A stretch of DNA of 64,000 bases. It comes from Candidatus Zhuqueibacterota bacterium (lineage in GTDB: Bacteria > BS750m-G25). The DNA lies in NCBI GenBank assembly GCA_016783505.1, contig JADHWK010000003.1:1-64000 (forward strand), written 5' to 3'. This document shows, piece by piece, positions 57,437-64,000 of this stretch. Numbering within the stretch: the first letter of the stretch is position 1; each line of letters starts with the position of its first letter. The translations under genes were made by a program, and so were the position numbers. The notes under the pieces were generated by a model. It had not been told where the DNA came from. It did no database searches and saw only the letters and a program-made list of their open reading frames with translations.

Positions 57437-57696
57437 CCTAACCCGTTACGGGCTTCCAAAACCAACCTAAGCTTCGAAAAATTTTATACTATTCCACAGA
57501 CACCGTTACAAACGGTGTCTGATCAATTGCGCTGGAATAATGGATGAATGAATAGATAAATGGATAAACGGATAGATGGATAAACAATTATCCAATTATC
57601 CAACTATCCAATCCTCTCTTCCAACCATCCAACCTTCCATCATTCCCTACGGGCTGTAGGCCATTATTCCATTGCTCCATTACTCCATTCGGAACA

Positions 57697-60276
57697 CTAA
57701 ACCCCATCCATGGGGTCGAGCAGTTGTCCCCCCTTTAGAATTAAGAACTTTGTTCTGGTGATGGAAAAATTTAAAAAAGTATCGGGGTCCAGATCGGGAA
57801 ACAGCCCGGCCAGCACCCCTTCCACCCTCGCTGACCGACCATCAACCGATACCATTTTCAATCCCAGGGTGTGATCCTTCAGGTTAATGGTGATATCCCG
57901 GACAAAAGGTCGAACATCATTGAATTGATCTTGGGCCTTCCTCCATTTGGGAACCCAAACCTGGGTCTTACCCAAAAACGTATTTATACGTTTGGGACAC
58001 TCCCCTTCTTTTACCCCCCCATCAAGACCGGAAAGTATCACCCCATACTCCGCATAATTTAAGGTCTGGGATAAGGAGGGGGTCTTAAGATCAATGGGTT
58101 CTAAGTCCAAGACCTTTAAGCCCTCAGGCAGGATCAAATTAAGGCAAGCTATGATATCTACTGAGGTTGCCTCCTTCAGCAGAACGTCCAAATATTCGTT
58201 ATCCGAGGTGTATCCCAATGGCAAAGGGGGCCCGAACGAGAGCCGGGGACGGGGGTGAAATCCCCGGGAAGTGGCTACCGGAATGCGGGCCCTTCGCAGC
58301 GCCCTTTCTATGATGCGCACCATATCCAAATGGGGGATGAATCGCATCAACCCCTTTTTATGAAACTTAATCCTAATCTTCTGTGGAGCCCTAACTTTCC
58401 TGTCTTCTGCCAAGGGGATCTGCCCTCGGGGCCGTTCCCAGTCTTTCTTCCCCTGGATGACCCTTTTCCCGGCCCCCTCCATCAGTCCACAACAGTGGCA
58501 CCCCAAGCGACAGTCTTCGGTTACCCGGCCTTCCCGGGCCCTCATCCTCTCCTGCCATAGAAAGTCCCTGGTCACCCCTTTTACGATATGCTCCCAGGGG
58601 AGTGTTTCTTTCTCCCCAATCTCCCTGGTATAGGTAATTGAATCAACGCCGGATCGGTTGAACGCCCCCTGCCACCGATCAAATTTAAACTGATCGCTCC
58701 AGGCCTCCAATCGGGCCCCTTGTTGCCACACCAAATAGATCACCTTGGATAGCTTTCGGTCCCCCCGGGCCAGCACCGCCTCAATGAAGGAAAGCTCCGG
58801 GCTCCGCCATTTGAGCTTAATCTTCCTCGACCTGATTTTTTCTTTTAGATAATTTATCTTTTCCCGAAGTTTAGCCATCGAATCCTGTCTTTCCCAGCCA
58901 AAGGGGGTGTTGGGTTTGGGGACAAAGGGGGAAATGGACAGGTGAACCTTATCACCACCAAAGTTCCGACCCAGCCGGGTCACCTTAACCAACAACCCCA
59001 CGATAGCATTCAGGTCATCCTGGGTTTCCTCTGGAAGTCCGATCATGAAATAGAGCTTCACCCCATTCCAGCCGTGCTGGAAGGCCAGTGTCACCGCCGA
59101 TAACAGCTCTTCTTCGGTATTGTTTTTATTTATGGAGTCCCGCATCCGCTGGCTGCCCGCCTCGGGGGCGAAGGTGAGGCCGGATTTCTTCCCCCCGGTG
59201 GCCAGGCCCGCCATTTCTTCGGTAAAGGTATCCGGCCTAAGGGAAGGGAAAGACAGGGTCACATTTTTACCCTTAAGAGTTTCCGCCAATCCCGGGAGCA
59301 AACGGCCCAAGTCGCTGTAATCCGAAGTGGATAGTGAGACTAAGGAAACCTCTTCATACCCCGTATTTTCGATAGTAGCTATGGTCTGTCTGATCAGATC
59401 CTCCACCGACCGTTCCCTTAAGGGGCGATAGAGAAAACCGGCGTTGCAGAAGCGGCAGCCCCGGGTGCAGCCCCGCATGATCTCCAGTGATAACCGGTCG
59501 TGAACGGCCCCGATCAGGGGAACGACAGGTCTGTCAGGATAATTTTCAGCCTTCAAGGGTTCGGCTCTGCGGGCCTGAATTAGGCCCAGACGGGGGCGCA
59601 GAGGTTTAATCCCCACAGATTTCCCCTCACTCCCATACTTTGGCCGGTAAAATTTGGGCACGTAAACCCCTGGAATTTGGGACAGAGCCAGCAGGGTGCC
59701 TTCACGGTCCCGCTTTTTAGATTTTACCCCCTTCAAAACTTGAACGATCTCCAGAACGGCGCTTTCCCCCTCCCCGATCAGAAATCCGTCGAAAAAATCG
59801 GCCATCGGCTCCGGGTTATAGGCGCAGGGTCCCCCACCGATGACCATTGGGTCATCTTCCCCCCGATCTTTGGCCCATACGGGAATATCCCCCAGGTCCA
59901 GCATGTTCAGGATGTCGGGATAATGCAATTCATATTGCAGGGTAAAGCCGATGAGATCAAATCTCTTCAAAGGGGTCTTCGTTTCTAAACTAAACAAGGG
60001 GATTTTCCTTTTTCGGAGCTTCTCCTCCATATCGGCCCATGGGGCGTAGACCCGTTCGCAGGCGAGGTCTTTTTCCTTGTTCAAAATGTGATAGAGAATT
60101 TGAAATCCCAGATATGACATCCCGATCTCATACACATCGGGAAAGGCTAGTGCTATCCTGAGGGTCACCCTGCGGGGGTCCTTGATGATGACGTTCATCT
60201 CGTTTCCGATGTAACGCCCTGGCTTCTGCACCCGGGGCAGGATCTCCCTTTCAACGATATCCCATAATTCAGACAT
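57697..60276 (-). CDS. B12-binding radical SAM protein (TIGR03960-like) fused to a DUF2344-like domain
   Basis: KPGRYIGNE, FPDVYEIGMS, RGCTRGCRFCNAG, FAPEAG; C-terminal HLDMVR..ERALRRA..GFHPRP. Confidence 0.88.
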   Translation of the reverse strand: MSELWDIVEREILPRVQKPGRYIGNEMNVIIKDPRRVTLRIALAFPDVYEIGMSYLGFQILYHILNKEKDLACERVYAPWADMEEKLRKRKIPLFSLETKTPLKRFDLIGFTLQYELHYPDILNMLDLGDIPVWAKDRGEDDPMVIGGGPCAYNPEPMADFFDGFLIGEGESAVLEIVQVLKGVKSKKRDREGTLLALSQIPGVYVPKFYRPKYGSEGKSVGIKPLRPRLGLIQARRAEPLKAENYPDRPVVPLIGAVHDRLSLEIMRGCTRGCRFCNAGFLYRPLRERSVEDLIRQTIATIENTGYEEVSLVSLSTSDYSDLGRLLPGLAETLKGKNVTLSFPSLRPDTFTEEMAGLATGGKKSGLTFAPEAGSQRMRDSINKNNTEEELLSAVTLAFQHGWNGVKLYFMIGLPEETQDDLNAIVGLLVKVTRLGRNFGGDKVHLSISPFVPKPNTPFGWERQDSMAKLREKINYLKEKIRSRKIKLKWRSPELSFIEAVLARGDRKLSKVIYLVWQQGARLEAWSDQFKFDRWQGAFNRSGVDSITYTREIGEKETLPWEHIVKGVTRDFLWQERMRAREGRVTEDCRLGCHCCGLMEGAGKRVIQGKKDWERPRGQIPLAEDRKVRAPQKIRIKFHKKGLMRFIPHLDMVRIIERALRRARIPVATSRGFHPRPRLSFGPPLPLGYTSDNEYLDVLLKEATSVDIIACLNLILPEGLKVLDLEPIDLKTPSLSQTLNYAEYGVILSGLDGGVKEGECPKRINTFLGKTQVWVPKWRKAQDQFNDVRPFVRDITINLKDHTLGLKMVSVDGRSARVEGVLAGLFPDLDPDTFLNFSITRTKFLILKGGQLLDPMDGV

Positions 60277-60378
60277 TTATCAACGATAACGTTAGTGTTA
60301 ATTTTAACACTTATGTAAAGATAACAAAATTTTGAAAAATAATCAACAAAAAAGGGGCGGATAATTTATCCAGCCCTT

Positions 60379-60621
60379 AATGCTCGTCGGAGTAGTCGTC
60401 TTCCCCGACAAAAACGCTTCAATAGATTCCGATGGATCTTGGAGGGCATCCCGAACCTTCGAGATGCATGCAATCGGGTTTTGGAATGCAACCCAGAGGA
60501 GATTCTTCCCCCGAATACTCGGGGTCAGAATTGCAGTGCCAGAGGGTCAGAATAATACTTCCCGTTGGGTGGTTTCGGAGTGTAAGAGCCTGCTTTTGCC
60601 AGTATAAATTCCAAGTGGTGA
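60379..60621. repeat. Composite repeat copy B (about 245 bp)
   Basis: Direct repeat of 57140-57436. Confidence 0.85.
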
Positions 60622-60639
60622 TTCAACGACGGGGTTAGC

Positions 60640-61188
60640 TCAGCCCAGATATTTAAGTATAGTCTGATATTTTTTTTGTAAATCGTTTTTGGGATTAATC
60701 CTGACGATAAAATTGAAGAATAAGCCGCAATGTTTTTTCTCAAGGCTGGCCCGAAGCTTGGCCCCGCTGAACCCGCAGAGAAAGGAATTTTCCCAGTTGA
60801 AATCGGGATGACAGTCAACGGCCAGGTCACACCCAACCGCACGCAAGCGGCGTCGAAGGATCCTTTTCGGGAAAAAAAAGAAACCAAAATCTCCCCGATC
60901 TGCCAGGAAGAAATCCCCCCAGAAAAGATTCTCTTGGCGAAGCCGAAAACCATTGGCCCCATGAATGATGAATTTCGCCCCGGCGAATTTTTCTTTTAGC
61001 TGATAAAGAAATCCCTCCCCAATTTGAAAGAGCTGGGGATCCTTCGGCAAACAGATTAAGATCTTCTTTACGTTTAAAAGTACTTCCCGGGGATTATAAG
61101 GATCGCTTTTAACTTTCCACTTAAAGTAAATCCTGGCCCAGCGCAGGCCCAGCTTCTTCCGCAAACCCTCTAGCATCAATAAAACCAC
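60640..61188 (-). CDS. Hypothetical protein (resembles a GT9 N-terminal domain)
   Basis: KKILICLP, CDLAVD, SGAKLR; co-oriented in the operon. Confidence 0.5.
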   Translation of the reverse strand: MVLLMLEGLRKKLGLRWARIYFKWKVKSDPYNPREVLLNVKKILICLPKDPQLFQIGEGFLYQLKEKFAGAKFIIHGANGFRLRQENLFWGDFFLADRGDFGFFFFPKRILRRRLRAVGCDLAVDCHPDFNWENSFLCGFSGAKLRASLEKKHCGLFFNFIVRINPKNDLQKKYQTILKYLG

Positions 61189-61195
61189 CCAGTGA

Positions 61196-62497
61196 TTAAT
61201 CTTCCATCCCTCTGTTCGATTCTTTGCCCTGTTTCTTGTGGACGATGCGCACCTTCTCGATGCGGCGCCCGGAGACCTTTTCGACTAAAAACCCTAAATC
61301 CCCGTGCTCAATTGAGGTCCCCTCTTCGGGCACCGAACCCGTCAAACTGCAGATAAACCCCCCCAAGCTTTCGTAGTCTCCACTTTCTGGAATGTTAAAA
61401 TCAAGTTCCTCGTTCAACTCGTGAACGCTCACTTTAGCATCGGCGAGGACCGTATGTTCGTCAATCCGTCTGAAAGGGGGCAGTTCCTGATCATATTCGT
61501 CCTGGATCTCCCCTACGATCTCCTCAATGATGTCCTCGAGGGTTACCAGACCCAACGTCCCCCCGTATTCGTCCACCACCACGGCCATATGGATCTTCCT
61601 CTGCTGAAACTCACGCAGAAGCTCATCTATCTTTTTGCTCTCCGGAATGAAATAGGCTTCCCTCAATAATGCCCGCAAGTTGAATTTGTCCCCGCTGTCC
61701 CCCAGATAAGGGAGAAGATCCTTGGCGTAGATTAATCCCTTAATGTTATCAATCTTCCCTTCGTAAACAGGAATTCGGGAATGTCCCTCCTGACGAAAGA
61801 TCTCCAGCAGCTCCTGCAGTTTAATGTTTACATTCACACACACCATATCCATCCGGGGAACCATAATCTCCCTGACCATGGTTTCACCGAATTCAAAGAT
61901 GGAATGAATCATCTCCCTTTCATCTTCTTCAAGCACTCCTTCCGCCTCGCCAAGCTCCACCAATGACCTTAGCTCCTCCTCGCTCAGAACCCCACCCCGG
62001 TGTCTGGAAACGACCCCTTTTGAGACAAGCTGGGCCAGCCCGGTGAGGATAATAGAAATGGGGAACAGGAGAACATGCATCACCCGCAAAGGATAAACAA
62101 CCCTCCGGGAAAACCCCTGGGGATTTTTGATGGCTACGGTTTTGGGGGTAATCTCCGATAGGATGAGGATGATAAATGTCACCACTACCACCTCAAAAAA
62201 TATGGCCCAGCCCCTGGAAAAATGATAACGGTGACTTAGGTCAGCCGCCATCAACGCCGCCAGGGAAGCAATAGCGATGTTAACAATGGTATTCCCGGTA
62301 AGGATGGTAATAAGGAGCCGACGGGGTTTCCCTAAAAGCTTCAGGATTAGACTAGAGCTCCGTTTCTTTTCCTCCTTCATCCCCTGGAGGAGGGGCTCAG
62401 ACAGGGAAAAAAGCGCTGTCTCTGATCCTGAAAAGAAAGCGGAAAGAACGAGTAGAAGAATCAAAAGGGCAAATTCAGTCCATAGATTAATTTCCAA
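61196..62497 (-). CDS. CNNM/CBS/CorC-domain (hemolysin/GldE-like) membrane protein
   Basis: SAFFSGSETALFSL, EITPK, REIMVPR, HSRIPVY, VVDEYGGT.GLVTLEDIIEEIVGEI. Confidence 0.92.
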   Translation of the reverse strand: MEINLWTEFALLILLLVLSAFFSGSETALFSLSEPLLQGMKEEKKRSSSLILKLLGKPRRLLITILTGNTIVNIAIASLAALMAADLSHRYHFSRGWAIFFEVVVVTFIILILSEITPKTVAIKNPQGFSRRVVYPLRVMHVLLFPISIILTGLAQLVSKGVVSRHRGGVLSEEELRSLVELGEAEGVLEEDEREMIHSIFEFGETMVREIMVPRMDMVCVNVNIKLQELLEIFRQEGHSRIPVYEGKIDNIKGLIYAKDLLPYLGDSGDKFNLRALLREAYFIPESKKIDELLREFQQRKIHMAVVVDEYGGTLGLVTLEDIIEEIVGEIQDEYDQELPPFRRIDEHTVLADAKVSVHELNEELDFNIPESGDYESLGGFICSLTGSVPEEGTSIEHGDLGFLVEKVSGRRIEKVRIVHKKQGKESNRGMED

Positions 62498-62520
62498 TTA
62501 GAACCTACCTCCATTTATAC

Positions 62521-62970
62521 CTACATACATTTTCTATCCCCCATTTTCTTCCTTAAACCTAGATAATAATCCTCCCGTCCGGTCATTGTTAAACGGCCGC
62601 GGCTGGTGCGGTCCGAATACCCTGAAAGATGCAGGAGGCCGTGAACGGCCAGTCTTAAAATCTCATCCTTCAGGGAGACCCCATACTGGGCAGCTTGTTT
62701 CTTGGCCTGTTCCACCGATATGTAGATCTCCCCTGAAATTTTTTCATCATCGGGTTCGGTCAAATCAAAAGCCAGTACATCGGTGGTGTTTTCCCGTTTC
62801 AGAAAATCCCGATTTAGTCGGACTATGGTGGGGTCATCGGTTAATATTACCGTTAGCTCTCCAAACTTTTTGCCCTCAAGTTGTATAACTTTCCGGATCA
62901 AGTCTCTAAAGGAAGTTTTTGCAGCCCCTGGAGGAAAAACGGGATAGGTTGTCTCAATCCTTAGGTTCAC
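62521..62970 (-). CDS. ybeY: rRNA maturation endoribonuclease YbeY
   Basis: TDVLAF, GEIYIS, HGLLHLSGYSD (third His appears replaced). Confidence 0.88.
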   Translation of the reverse strand: MNLRIETTYPVFPPGAAKTSFRDLIRKVIQLEGKKFGELTVILTDDPTIVRLNRDFLKRENTTDVLAFDLTEPDDEKISGEIYISVEQAKKQAAQYGVSLKDEILRLAVHGLLHLSGYSDRTSRGRLTMTGREDYYLGLRKKMGDRKCM

Positions 62971-63247
62971 CTTCAGCCGCTAAGTTTTAATGTAACAGTT
63001 CACCTATTCCTTTCTAATCTTTTAGCGACAAGATTCACAAAATTTAAAGTAAATCAGAATATCAGTAAATCAGTAGGGAGGGAATCAGATTACCAGAGTA
63101 TCAGGTTTTATCCTGTCCCAAGATCGTTCCGAATGTTCTAATCTACTGATATTCGTCCCACTGATATCCTAATTGCCTGATATACTCGTCCCGAAACATC
63201 TGGATGTTTACAATTCCTCAAGCATAGAAGTTTATGTGGATGAACTG

Positions 63248-64000
63248 TTACGTTTTAATTTTAGCCGGTTTCGACCTGACCTTCTTGACACCCCCCACCT
63301 CTTCAGCCTTGGGGTATTCGACGCGGCCGTGATAGATCCCCGTCAAAATGCGGACAAAGCTCTGTTTAATAAGATCCAGATCCTTCAGGGTTAGCCAACA
63401 TTCGTCGAGCTGCCCATCTTCAAATCTATCCTTTACGATGTCATTCACTACCCCCTTAATTCGGCTGGGTGTAGGGGTCTGAAGTGACCGGGCAGCCGCC
63501 TCGATCCCGTCGGCCAGCATGACGATGCCCGCCTCCTTGGATTGGGGTTTGGGTCCCGGATACCGGAAATTCTCCAGGTTCAGTTTGGCCCGGGGGGTGC
63601 TCTGCAACGCTTTTTGATAAAAATAGGTCATGATGGAGGTGCCATGATGCTGCTCGATAAAGGCCGTTAGGGCCTTGGGCAACCGGTTCTCCTCCGCCAG
63701 CTTAAGCCCATCCTTGATATGGGCGGCTAAGATCAGGCAGCTCATGCTGGGCTGCAGTTTATCGTGTTTGTTCTCCCCACCGGTCTGATTTTCAATAAAA
63801 TATTCAGGCTTTTCCATTTTGCCGATGTCATGGTAGTATGACCCCACCCGGGCCAGCAGGGAATTGGCCTGGCATGCCTCGGCCGCCGCCTCGGATAAAT
63901 TTCCGATCAGGATAGAATGATTATATGTCCCCGGGGTCTCGGTGGCCAACTGGCGCAGCAGGGGCCGGTTCAGATCTGAAAGCTCCAGCAGGCGCACATC
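63248..64000 (-). CDS. HD-domain phosphohydrolase (7TM-HD/PgpH-like), 5' partial
   Basis: PGTYNHS, YHDIGK, FIENQ, QHHGT, FRYPGPKPQ, MLAD. Confidence 0.88.
   Translation of the reverse strand, partial: DVRLLELSDLNRPLLRQLATETPGTYNHSILIGNLSEAAAEACQANSLLARVGSYYHDIGKMEKPEYFIENQTGGENKHDKLQPSMSCLILAAHIKDGLKLAEENRLPKALTAFIEQHHGTSIMTYFYQKALQSTPRAKLNLENFRYPGPKPQSKEAGIVMLADGIEAAARSLQTPTPSRIKGVVNDIVKDRFEDGQLDECWLTLKDLDLIKQSFVRILTGIYHGRVEYPKAEEVGGVKKVRSKPAKIKT

Noticed and set aside
60380-60962. Short ORFs over composite repeat B
   Set aside because: Chance frames within repeat DNA or alternative frames of 60640-61188.

Overview
A 64-kb chromosomal window, almost all on the minus strand, from a diderm bacterium; the gene order suggests an FCB-like or candidate-phylum lineage (inference). 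In order it holds: an AT-richer signalling island (1-11.3 kb: PAS and HAMP kinases, response regulators, an OprP-like porin, two NMT1/SsuA-like binding proteins); rpmB; a dcw cluster mraZ-STAS-rsmH-ftsL-ftsI-murF-mraY-ftsW-murG-murB-ftsQ-ftsA-ftsZ that lacks murE, murD, murC and ddl; a split B12 methyltransferase cluster (Hmt, reactivation domain, non-Pyl MttB); TPM/LemA genes; a sigma54 two-component locus with a serpin; a tRNA-Asn locus; and housekeeping genes (fumarase alpha, mdh, rpmA, rplU, RNase G/E, B12 radical SAM, CNNM/CBS, ybeY, HD phosphohydrolase). The most unusual signals are non-coding. (1) tRNA-Asn sits in an array of four degenerate copies of itself that delimit three cargo cassettes (HTH remnant plus helicase, GIY-YIG nuclease, toxin-antitoxin pair), with no integrase present. 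(2) A 16-18 nt palindrome (CCCGA-N6-TCGGG) occurs more than 20 times and, where a reference is available, replaces a pre-existing short hairpin instead of simply inserting. (3) Most intergenic gaps are filled by nested palindromic and low-complexity elements related to the flanks of decayed four-helix-bundle genes.
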